From a virus: a stretch of DNA of 64,000 nt. A model generated the notes under the pieces. That model had not been told where the DNA came from. It ran no database searches and saw only the letters and a program-made list of their open reading frames with translations. The translations under genes were made by a program, and so were the position numbers. Below, one piece after another: positions 47,100 to 59,100 of this stretch (positions are counted from its first letter, which is position 1; every line of letters begins with the position of its first letter). Where the stretch lies: positions 1-64,000 of IMG/VR virus record IMGVR_UViG_3300003323_000541; one strand, given 5' to 3'.

Positions 47100-47309
47100 A
47101 TGAGAATTAATTTATTTAACAGAAGATTTTATTTAGGTAAAAATATAGGCGATTATACTAAACCTGGAAAGCATATCATGTTTAGAACTTGGTCAGATAC
47201 TTCTCCAGTGTTTACAGTATATCAAGATAACTACACAGATTTATTGAAATATTTTTGGAAAGTTCTGAAATATAAAATAAATACAAAATACTATAGTATA
47301 TGTCTGTAA
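47100..47309 (+). CDS. small hypothetical protein
   Basis: ATG at 47100 just downstream of promoter; overlaps next start. Confidence 0.5.
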   Translation: MRINLFNRRFYLGKNIGDYTKPGKHIMFRTWSDTSPVFTVYQDNYTDLLKYFWKVLKYKINTKYYSICL

Positions 47310-49858
47310 GACTTATTTCTCCAACCTCTACACCCTATCAATCTCAGTTTGTTCCACTTCCTGTGGAATTAATGGGAACTCAGCTAGCTCAACATCAACA
47401 ATCATTTGATCAAGCCAGAGCTACTGCTGATGCTACTAATTTCAACTTAGAGGCTGCTCCCTGGAATACTGAGTTTGTAAATGAACTATCTTCTAAGTAT
47501 AATAGTAAGCTATCTGAAATTAGAGATAATCTAATGCAGACTGGTAGTACCAATTATGCGATCACCAAGCTTGGACAGCTAAACAGGGAGTTTCAAAGTG
47601 ATCCTAATGTTAAGTCTACTAAAATGAATTACGACTACTATAAGGAAAATGTTCGTGATTTGATGAAACAACCTTATTGGAGAAGTACATATAGTTCAGC
47701 GTTGAATCCTAATCTTACATGGAAGCAGGTATCTCCTTCAGAGGACATGCCTACGTTCTTATTTGGTCATGAGGTAGATAATGAAATCAGAAAGAACTTA
47801 GAGAACCTTAAACCCAGTATCATATCACAAATGCAAGATGCTGGTTATGATGTAGCTCTTGATCAATTTGGTAGAATAGTGGACTCTGAAGGAAAGATTC
47901 TTCGCGAAGAAGAAGTTCTTGATATGTCCAATCCTTATACACAATCTGCTCTTTCAGGGCTCGTAGAACAATATCAGAACTACGATCAGAGCCCTACAGG
48001 ACAATATCTGCGTTCACATTGGAATATTGGTTCAGAGAATATACCAGAATATATTATGAACCTAGCTAAGCCATATTTCTTCAGAAATAGTAAGACTGCT
48101 CAAACAACTGATAGACATTATGACTGGATTCCTGAGCATCATGGTAAGGGAAGTGGTAGCACCAATCCTCCGGATTACCTGCTTAATATTTCTGAGGTAC
48201 CAGAGACAACTGTTACTATTCCTGCATTTGATAACACGTTAAATGCTGTAGTAGAACAGGACTCTCTTATTAAGCATTATGATAATGAGGTGCTTAACAC
48301 AGGAGCTCAATTGTTCTCCATGTTAGATCCTCAGACCAGAATTGATATGCTTAAGCAAGCTAATATAGAAGCCAATAGCGACAATCTGGTTAATTTACAG
48401 AATTACTATCCACAACTAAATAAGGATCAACGAGAGAAGCTCTCAGGAGCTCTTGAGCAACATTTCTTTGGAGATGATAAGAATCCAGGTCTATATAATC
48501 AATTAGCATCTAGAACTGATCTTTCTCCAAATGAACAGAACCTATTGTATGCTCTTGAAGATTACGGACAGAAGGTAATTGAAAGAGAAGGACTAAAGTC
48601 CGTACAAGAAAGTGATCTTGCTACATGGCAAGGAATGAGTAAGGAAATAGATGACGAATTCCTTAACTCTAAATACAACGGAAATAAATCTGTGAGATCT
48701 GCAATTAGCGACTTCACTGTTAAAACAGACGAAGGTGCTCAGAAATATGATTCATTCCAAAGGCTCAATAAAGCTCTTGGTAGTGAGTTCACAGAAGAAG
48801 ATATAGTAGATTATATAAAGGGTCTGGATAAGGTAGATGGTATTAAGAAAACATTAGACATGTTCTCTGGTGGAGACTATGCATCTAGACAAGTTCCTTT
48901 ATATGTTTCCGATAGGTGGGATAAATATTTAAATAAACACGCTACAGAATTCCAAGGAATAAAAGCTCAATTAGATAATCTAAGAAAAGATTACCGGTCT
49001 AAGTTAGAGAACAAACTCTCAACAGGATATCAATATCAGGAACCTGGTACTTTCCTGGAATATGAAATGAATGAGAATTCTAAGAACATTCCTGGAAGAC
49101 AAATGGCTCTTCTATCCCAAAGCTTAGAACCGCTGTCCATTAGTGGTAATATAAATAAACTTGCACAAATGGTTGGTATCCCTGGAGGAGTTGTAGCAGA
49201 GACTAATAAAAAACAAGGAAATCTTTGGGAGAAGATTCGTGGACAAGCTATTCAAAAGACAGGTAAGGACATGGATTATTCGGAATTCAAGGATGCTAAA
49301 ATAACTAGCGCTAAAATTGAAACCTCCGGTGATGCTACTCCGTCCATGTATGTCACATATGCCTATGATAAAGACAATGATCAGAAGTCTATAACCCTTA
49401 AGCTAGACGCTGAGGACTTAGATAAGAACCTTATTAAGCAACTAGGTTGGGAATCATTGACATATAATCAAGATCCTAATGTACAAGAGAAAGGGGCATT
49501 CCTTTATGCTCTGGGATCATTAGATAATAATAATTGGAAGAAACTTCGTCAGCTCCAATCTAGGACACTTTCTAAGAGTGGGGCGGGTGAATATAACAAT
49601 GTATCAACAAACATCGCTGTAGATGGCTTAAATTTCGTTGTAACGAAGTCTCAGGGACCTGACGGAAATAACGTATACAGACTACATAATGCTAATACAC
49701 CTAATCAATCATTTACATTTAAAAACATGAATGAGGTAGTTTCTACCCTTGGTGTAGCATTAGGTAACAACACAGCATATAACCAACTACAGAGCAATGG
49801 AGGTGGCTCCATGGGGGAGCCCCTAGGTCAGGGAACCGTTTGGACTCCCGACAAGTAA
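47300..49858 (+). CDS. internal virion (ejection) protein
   Basis: 852 aa; N-terminal YQSQFVPLP; upstream of virion RNAP gene. Confidence 0.7.
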   Translation: MSVRLISPTSTPYQSQFVPLPVELMGTQLAQHQQSFDQARATADATNFNLEAAPWNTEFVNELSSKYNSKLSEIRDNLMQTGSTNYAITKLGQLNREFQSDPNVKSTKMNYDYYKENVRDLMKQPYWRSTYSSALNPNLTWKQVSPSEDMPTFLFGHEVDNEIRKNLENLKPSIISQMQDAGYDVALDQFGRIVDSEGKILREEEVLDMSNPYTQSALSGLVEQYQNYDQSPTGQYLRSHWNIGSENIPEYIMNLAKPYFFRNSKTAQTTDRHYDWIPEHHGKGSGSTNPPDYLLNISEVPETTVTIPAFDNTLNAVVEQDSLIKHYDNEVLNTGAQLFSMLDPQTRIDMLKQANIEANSDNLVNLQNYYPQLNKDQREKLSGALEQHFFGDDKNPGLYNQLASRTDLSPNEQNLLYALEDYGQKVIEREGLKSVQESDLATWQGMSKEIDDEFLNSKYNGNKSVRSAISDFTVKTDEGAQKYDSFQRLNKALGSEFTEEDIVDYIKGLDKVDGIKKTLDMFSGGDYASRQVPLYVSDRWDKYLNKHATEFQGIKAQLDNLRKDYRSKLENKLSTGYQYQEPGTFLEYEMNENSKNIPGRQMALLSQSLEPLSISGNINKLAQMVGIPGGVVAETNKKQGNLWEKIRGQAIQKTGKDMDYSEFKDAKITSAKIETSGDATPSMYVTYAYDKDNDQKSITLKLDAEDLDKNLIKQLGWESLTYNQDPNVQEKGAFLYALGSLDNNNWKKLRQLQSRTLSKSGAGEYNNVSTNIAVDGLNFVVTKSQGPDGNNVYRLHNANTPNQSFTFKNMNEVVSTLGVALGNNTAYNQLQSNGGGSMGEPLGQGTVWTPDK

Positions 49859-50181
49859 ACTTTAAATCTGATAAAGAGAGGGAACAATTACCTTCTTTTG
49901 TTAAAGAAAAGATTGAAAATTTACCAGTAGATATTCCTTTTACAATCACAGAAACCTTTAGAACAAAAGAGGAATACGATAATTTAAAGAAACAAGGATA
50001 CGAAGTATCAGAAGATTATAACGATCATTCAAGAGCAATAGACGTTCGAACTGATGAACAAGGACATACATTCGTAAAATGGTTAATGAATGATGGAAAA
50101 GAATGGTCTAAGAATAATGTTAAAGAAATAAGAAGACACGGAAAAAAAGGAACAGATCACTACCACATAGTATTTAAATAA
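49840..50181 (+). CDS. M15-like Zn peptidase domain, probably expressed as a -1 frameshift extension of 47300-49858
   Basis: ITETFRT...DHSRAIDVR...HYHI motif; no ATG start; overlaps upstream gene in -1 frame. Confidence 0.65.
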   Translation: MDSRQVNFKSDKEREQLPSFVKEKIENLPVDIPFTITETFRTKEEYDNLKKQGYEVSEDYNDHSRAIDVRTDEQGHTFVKWLMNDGKEWSKNNVKEIRRHGKKGTDHYHIVFK

Positions 50182-50191
50182 CAGCGATTAT

Positions 50192-53100
50192 ATGTTTGAA
50201 TTAGACGAACTAGGTAATCCTATTATTGATCCACTGACTGGTAAACCTAAAGTATCAATGAGCTCCATGCAGGGTATAACCCCAGGAGCCTCTAATCAGA
50301 GTTCAATTGTTGATAAAGGTAAAAGCTTGTTTTTGGGCAATATAGGCGAGGAGTTGGGAGTCGAAAGTTATGATCAGCAGTTTGCTGATAGACTATACCA
50401 ACCCTCATTAACTTTCTCTGAGCAACGCACAGGAGATGAAGTTAAAGAAAGAGCAGAGTATGATCAAAAAAAGAAAAACGATCTATACTTTGACACGGAT
50501 CTAAATGAGCAAAAAGCTTTTAACCAGACAGGAATGGACCAATTGGCTAATGGTTTAGCCAAAGCTTTCGGAATTGCTGGTACTACATTTGCAGAATCAC
50601 TAGGAGGACTACCTATTGGTCTATACAACGTAGCTGTTAGTGGAGGACAAGGATCTGCTTTTTACGATAATGATTTTACTCAGACTCTTGATTCATTCAA
50701 TGAATGGATGAAAGAGCAATTCCCTAACTATTATTCATCTGCAGAACAAAAGCTTGGATTAGGTGAGTCGTTACTTACCACCAACTTCTGGGGTGATAAA
50801 TTCGGTAATGGTTTAGGATATATGGCCGGTTCTGTACTGGCTGCTATGGCTACAAGAGGTTTATCTCTTGGGTCCAATTTAACTAAGAGTACTCAAATAC
50901 TACGAGCTCTTGGTAAAGACTACGCTAAAATTCAAAGAGCTTTACAGGTGGGTAACCTTGTTCAGAAGGAAGCCCAAATAGTTAACCTTGGTAATAAGAT
51001 TGATAAACTTATTGCTACAGGTGTTTCTGCTATTGGTGAATCTTCTGTAGAAGCTCGTAGCACAAGAAATGATATCATTCAAGATCTTACTACTAAACGC
51101 GATAGCGGGGATCCCAGATATTCATGGATGACCGATAATGATATAATTAGAGAAGCTGATACAGCCGGTAATTTATCATTTGGTCTTAATATGGCTTTGG
51201 TAGGATCATCTAACTTTGTTCAGTTTGGTAAACTGTTCTCTAATAAATATGATGTTGCTCGTAGATTGATAGCAGATAATGTTGTCAAAGAAGGTTCTGA
51301 ATACTTAGTCCGTCCTTCTACAATGAAAAATGTTTTCAATATAGCTAAATCTCCGTTTGTTGAAGCATTTCAAGAAGGAGCTCAGTATTGGACTGAACAA
51401 ACACTATCAGATTATTTTGAGAATGGAACAAGAGGAACCGATTACGCTAAACAGTTTTTACAATCTTCTGTTAAGGGATTAGAAGAAACATTAGGGTCCA
51501 GAGAAGGACAAGAGTCCATGCTTTTGGGTGGGATCTTAGGTGGGCTATTTGGAGGTATAGGAGCAGTTAAAGAAAATTCCGATAAGAAGAAAAAGGAATT
51601 TGCTACAGCTAATTACCTAAATCAATTTGGTGACCTTGAGTCCATTAAACCATTAGTTCAATCTTTAGCTAATCATAATGGATATCAGACCACACTAGAG
51701 AACTCTCTATTAACTGATGATCAGTTCAATTATGAGAATGCTAAGTTTGGACAGACGTTTAATTATATCCAATCAAGAATAGACGCAGGTAGATTTGATC
51801 TATTGGAAGATGAGCTTAACGCTTATTCACAATTACCTAAGGATGAATTCGAATCTACATTTTCAACTGAACTTAAAGCAGGAGAAACACCTGCTAACAG
51901 GGTAGCTTCAATAAAGAAATTAGCATACAGATTAGATGAAATATCTGATATGATGGATACAAGATTCCCTGATGTCCCTTCATATCTGAGAAACGGCATG
52001 AAGTATGCCTTAGCGACCACAGAGAATATTGATAATCGTATATCTGATATATCCAATCAGATTGCTAATTACACTGGATATATTCCCTCTGGTGCTGATG
52101 TTGCTCTATACAATAGTATACAAAAAGATGTTAAAGAAAAGATTTCTTCTTTAGTCAGGGACTGGAGAGATGAAGTAGATTTTGATAAAAGAATCGACAT
52201 AGAGAACCAGATAAAGAAACTAGCTCGAACAAACGTAGAGATCACCAAAAAGAAATTACCTCAGCTTACTAAAGGAGCCGTAGGTACGAGCTTCGATGAT
52301 GCGGTAGAGTTAGGTACTTTCCTTAATTTCTTCAATCGTCTCGATCAATTTATCCAAGAGAATCCTCACATATCTGATGATCTGGTTAAGAAGGTAAATG
52401 ATATTACCAAGCTTCAACAAAGAAGGGAACAGTTTATTAAAGACTACAAAGATCTTGTAACTGAACAAGGTCAGCGTAAGATGAAGAAAAAGATAGAAGA
52501 AGCTATCGCTCGTATCACTGACCCTACTGTAAAACCAAGACTTTCCAATCTTTCTTCGGAGGATTATCTTGATTATGAAAATAATAGATTAGGATACATT
52601 AAAGACAATCGTCTTGAGCTCTATAAGAATACTTTGAACAATAGTTCTAAATTTGCAGAAGATATTTCATTAGCATCAACTAAGGACCAAAAAGAACAGA
52701 TTGGTAATGAAATGATGAAGCAAGGGGTTTATATTGACCCTGATCTTAAGAAACAATTAACTGATGTTCATAAAAGCGAAGAAGATCGTTTAAATGAACT
52801 TGGCGATCGTTTACAGCAAATAGCTCAACAAGGTACTCCCGGCTTTGACGAAGAAGGAGAAGAAACCAGTATATATACTCCCGAGCAGGAATTAGAGGTA
52901 GATTCTATCACTAAAGAGATGGAGGCTCTTGAAGCTCAACAACAACGTAACAGAGATTTCATTAATCGTATGGAATCTTATTCTGTGGCTCAGCAAGAGG
53001 TTGAATTAACTGATGGAGAGCTTAGAATTAAGATTGCTAAAGAATTTATAGATAAGTCCAATGGTATCTTACAGAACTTTGAATTAGATGAGGACTATCA

Positions 53101-56100
53101 GGATATTAATTCAGTTAAGGATCAAATAGGCGAATTAAAGGCCCTTAGAGCTATTTTCTCCAAGAGGACAGATGAATCCCTTACTAAAGAAGAGAAAGTC
53201 TCTGTAATAGCTTCTATTGACTCTGTATTGGAAAAATTAGATAATATCAAAGATGAGATTGAAAAAAGGATTGAGAATCGCGAGAGAACTAATACTGAGC
53301 TTTGGGAGCAAACAAGTGTGGGAACCTTTTCTCAACTTGGTTATGATCTGGATAATAATATGGTTAATAATGAACCATTGTATAATATTATCAGAACTCC
53401 GATTGATGCTGTTGATCTTGGATTGGTTGATAATATATTAAGCAGAAGTAAACAAGATAAGAATGTAGTTCTTGCTGATTACATCAAGCAAAAATTATCG
53501 GAGTATACCAAAGGAGATAAGAAAGCATTTATTGCTCAGATTGATTCTATATACAATGAGATATACGATGATGTAATTGAAAGTAAAAGAATTCAGTCCA
53601 GAGACTTTTCCAATAAGGATAAAATCATATCACAATATAAGTTAAATCCAAAAAGAGGATTCAATGAACTATTAAAGATAATCAGAGATCAGATGGATCT
53701 TGAGGTGGACAGTCCATTCTCTGTGTTCATCAAAGATCAGAATCTTCCTAAATTCAGAAGAGCAATCCAGAAACAAGATAGGACCGATTCAGTTGTTTCT
53801 TCTGAAGAGATCATAAATATAATCGATAATCATCAGAGGTTATCTGATCTGTATGATCTTAAAACAGATATAAACAGTGACTACTCTATTATACAGGAGA
53901 TACTAGATGAACAGTCTATAGCATCTAAACTAAAGGAGGGAGATCTTGTACCATCTAAACAACAGTTAATAGCAATAAGAGAAACAGTGAAGTGGTATTT
54001 CACTTCAAAAGAAAATGAAGCATTTAAGAATTGGGCATATCTTAAAGGAACAGCAGGTACGGGTAAAAGCTCTGTCATCTCCACATGGGTTAAAAAGCTT
54101 ATCAATCTTAATAATGCTGAAATATATGGAGTGGGACATAATGATATTTCGTCGGAGAATATCAACCGTCTTCTTGGAACTTCTGCTAAAACTTCTATTG
54201 CGGACCTCTTAGGTAAACTTCGTGATAACAGTCTGTCTGATAAAACAAAACTGATTATATTAGATGAGGTCGCTGCTCTTTCTACAAGAGAATTAATTGA
54301 AATTGACAATGCCCTTATTGCTCATAATAAATGGAGATTGGATAACAAAAAGAATCAAGTTAAGATTCTTTCCTTAGGAGATCCTAATCAAATAACCAAA
54401 TATCCGACTCCTCCTATAGAGAATTCATCTGAGTCATTTGGTGAACAAGGTACACTGTACTCCACTGAAGATTTTATTAATATAACCAATATATCTCCAT
54501 TAACTATTGTCTATAGGACAGATGTAGCTCCTATCACGGAATTCGCAAATAAATTCCTGCAGAAGAAGCTTGACGTTAGAAGTGAACCTGTGTATGTTAC
54601 ATCTAATGTAAGTAATATAGATACAGCTGTGGCTTCTACGGGTGTTTATGGAGCCAAGGAATTTAAAAAAGATCTATTAAGGTATCTTAACAATCAAACA
54701 TTAACCGATGGTAAGAAACGGGTGGTGATTGTTAATCCTGAAGATATCGATAGTTACAAAAATTTTATAGCTAATGCAGGAATAGATTTATCTAAAATCG
54801 AAGTAATAGATCCTGTAGATGCACAAGGTCGGACCATTGATGAAGTATTCCTTTCCTTAGAATCTAAAGGGAGCGTAAGATCTACTGTATTCTATAATCC
54901 TCAAATGTATGTATCCTCATCCAGAGCTAAAACATTCTTGATGATTGGAGAGCTTAATACAATAAATGTATTTGATGCTGATGTTGCTGCTAAAAAAGAG
55001 GATAGATCAAAAGAGAATACCCAGAGATTAAATAACTTCAAAGAGGACAGAGATAAAGAAAAAGAATTACTCTCTGATCAGATAGGTAATCAAACGGCGA
55101 AAAAGACCTTTGCTCAGAAAACTGAGGAAACGAACCCTAAGAAGGATGATCAGGTAAAAGATCCTACAGAAATAGAGAAAGAAGAAGATTTTGAGGTAAC
55201 ACAGGAAGAAATAGAATTAGCTATATCTTCTCACGAAACTAATGACGATATTCAATCTATTGAGCAATCAGATGTAATGCAAGAGCCTCTTGCTAATGTA
55301 AAAGTATCTGAAGGAAAAAAAGCTCATATATTATCTGAACCTACATCATCTTCCATAGCTAAAGAAAATACCCCAGGTGTTAAAGCAGGTGATAATGTCT
55401 TGTTTATAAAGGTTCGTGATACTAATATTGATAACACTAAAGATGTTATAAAGGTTGTCCAAAAAGCTGAAGAAGAGGATGAATACAGGATAGTTGCTGT
55501 ATTAAATAACAATGAGCTTAACGGTCCATTTTCGTTCCTTCGGTCCATGTTATCAACAGATAGTAAAAGAACTATAGTTGAACCTATTAGAACAGAGTCT
55601 GGTAATATAGTTATCAGAAAGTCTAATATCGATCCTGTATATAAATCAAAAGTAGTCTCAGCAAGAACTTTAAGTTACGATTATTCTTCAGAATCAGTTC
55701 CACTATCTCAAGAAGAAAAAGAACGGACCATTGATAAATTCATGGACACCTTCTTCAGAAAAGAGCGTAGACCTCAAGGACTTCGTTATAAGGTTGAGAT
55801 GTATACCAATAATGATATCAAGAAGCTTAGGAATAATAACAAGATTCCTGATGAGTTCATAGTGGACCCTGGTGTTCCATATATCCACATAACAAGTCCT
55901 AAAGCAAAAGGATCTAAATCCTTTGTGACTAAAGATCAATTCATCAGACTATCTCCTGCTAAATATAATATCAATAAGCATTCAGAGTTATTTACCCCTC
56001 TGCAGGATTTTATTTCTCTAGCATCTGATCTTGAAAATATTACAAAGCAATCTATAGGTGATCCTCTATTTAATAAAGCAATCAGAGACGTTGCCAATGG

Positions 56101-59100
56101 ATTTTATGATACCCCTGAGGTGGAGTCTTCAAATATTGATGTTAACAATCAGCAAGTAGTAGATCTCTGTAAGAGGGTATTTGATCTTGTCTACCAATTA
56201 CCACCTGAAGAAAGTCAAGTGGTCCGTAAGGGTGAGACAGTAAAAGTGAAAGATGATTCACCAGAAGCTCCTTTAACAGATAAAAACGGAGTAACAAGAC
56301 CTCGTAAAATATTAAACGTAGAAACCGAAGATGGACAGAAGATAGCTGTATTTGAAGGAGGAAGAAGAATACCTTTCTCTGAACTGGAATGGTCCGGAAA
56401 AAGAACTGCAGGTCCTGCTCAACATGCACTTAATCTTTTAGCTCTGTCAAACCTCACTGCAGGAGACTTTGGTCTTGCTCGTATTACCAGAGTTAAGGTT
56501 GGTGATAAAACCCAATATATCAGAACAGGTAAATCTCTGTTAGGAGACTCTACGGTAGGTATTAGTTCATTTACATTAAGACCTTATTTACAACGATTGG
56601 AGGGAAGAAGACAACGTCTTGATCCTTCCTATAAGCCTATATCATCTACAAGCGTTAATTTAATTAAGTCTCAATATTCCGAAGAAGAGTTTCAGAATTT
56701 GAGTACATTAGTTGGATCATTACCATCTTTATATGATCTTAAAATGCTTCTGGACTTTGATTCACAGACAGGAGACTCTGTAGTTAATCAAGGATTTGGT
56801 TTAAGAGTGCCTATTCCCAAATCTAAGAGAGTAGCAGATCAAAATGTTCCTCTTGATAAATTCGACAACCTTGAGGATTATTTAACTACCAATTTTGAAG
56901 GAGTTATCCCAACACAGGTTGTTATTGAGATTGATAATGATTCTGCTGTAATAGAAGATTCGAATCCTAAAACTTCTGAAGATGAAGAAAGATTAGGCGG
57001 AAGAGATATTGAAGATGATCTGTTTGGTTCATGGGGATCAAGATTATTAACCGAAGAAAGAGCAGAAGGTAAAGACCTTGGTTATGAACTTCAAACCAGA
57101 GAGGTTCTTAACTACATTAAATCATTACTTCCAAATATCAACGAATCTCAACTTAAATTCCTTAGCTCAACAGAAATGTTGAAGATAACCAAAGGGATTA
57201 AGGCATATGGCTTGTGGAGAGATGGAGTAATCTACTTACAAACTAATAAGGACAATAAGGTCAATACACGTGTTATAAGACACGAAGTATTCCATGAAGT
57301 ATATAATAATTACCTTACTAATAAAGAGCGCTCTAAGCTTCTTAAAATAGCTCGTAGGGACTATTCTCTAAATGATCAGACAGATGTTCAGGTGGAGGAA
57401 TTCCTTGCGGACAAATATCAGGAATGGGAAACAAAGAAAAGTAAGCCCACTTCATTTATAACCTCTATATTCAAGAAGATTAAAGATCTGTTCGATTTCA
57501 TCTTTAATAATAACTCTGTCATTGATCAATACTTTGATAAGATTGATTCTGGTTATTTTAACAAATATTCATTAGATCCGTTAAGAGGAGAAAGATACTC
57601 TTCACCGGTAGTGAAGAAATTTGATACTGTAGAAGGATTCAGAGAGGCTAAGAGATTGTTGTTGAAGAAACTTGACGACTATAAGAACCCTACAAAGCAG
57701 TCTGATTCTCATAATCAGTTTCCTGTAGTTGAATCGAAGTCCCAGCTGTTAAATGTCCCAATGACTACATCTGAGGCTATATACTACACTATGAGGGATA
57801 TTAAAGTTGGTCTATATACATTAACTGAAAGATATAAGGAAAGAGAAGGTCCATTAACAGAGAAAGAGAAACACAGACTTGATGCCCTCACACGTTTATC
57901 AGATCCTTCTGTATTTAAAGAAATGCTAAAGGATATTTATCCTACATATCAGAATGCTAATCTTTCTTTCATTGATAGACTTGACACTCATTTTGATCCT
58001 AATAAATACATTAGTCAAGGTATAACAGAAGGTGAAACTACAGAAGACTTTGAGGATGAATGGGAAAATCTGGATGAAGATGTAGCCAATCTTTATGAGC
58101 AGATAGTAGAGGGTGATCGCATTAACTGGGAGAACAGGTTAACTGAATCTGTTAAACATTTCTTATCATCTATTCTTCTAAATGGAGAGCCTATTAATTC
58201 TAAACAAGCGTATGCTGTATTAGGAAGAGTTTTAACCAATATAACAGGTAATAGTGCATCTGAGAAGATCAAGCAAATCAAACAGGCTTTTCTTACTTTC
58301 AAATCACAAAGTAAGACTACTATAGCAATAGAGAATGAGCTTGTCAGACTGATATCATTCTTAGATGAAGAACAACCTGTTCCACAATTGAAGAAGATAG
58401 TTTCTAACTTTGGTACATTCAAATTCTCTGCAGAAAATTCTACCAATCTCGATTTGTTCGAATATCCAACCCAACGGTTAGTTAATGGTAAACTAGAACG
58501 ATATATCGTTAGAGTTAATAAATCAGGAACCGACTCTGCTGGTAATAAGATCAATATTGGAACATCTGCATTCTTTCGTAAAATAAAGAATTTGGTAGAT
58601 CAGCACAATAAAGAGAATAATCTCAAAGATGAATTTGATTTAACAGATCTTAAGGTTCTTTATCTAAGGGCTTATTATGCTAACACTTTAAATGAGATGA
58701 TGGCATCTTTGAACTCTCTTAGAACAAAGAACGTATGGTATGGTCTTAAGACCTATGATTACGGTAAACCTAAATGGAGGTATAGTCCTTTTGAAAAAGA
58801 GATTGATAAAGCTCTTCAATTAAGTGTTATCAAGGATAAATTATCTCAGAAATATCCTGTTCTCCAGAACTATTACAGGTCATATTATAACGTTAAATCT
58901 GCTCAAGATAAGAAGAACCATTTAAATAACCTTTTCAAAAGTCTTGGTCTTGGTAAAGGAGATATAGCGATGACCTACTCACAGGCTGTGACCATTCATG
59001 AAGATATACTTAGAATGGTAGATGAATTTGAGAACAGCAGGAAAGAGGCTAAATTAAATCCTAAGACAATTGAAAATGAGGACGGTGTAACAGTTGAGGT

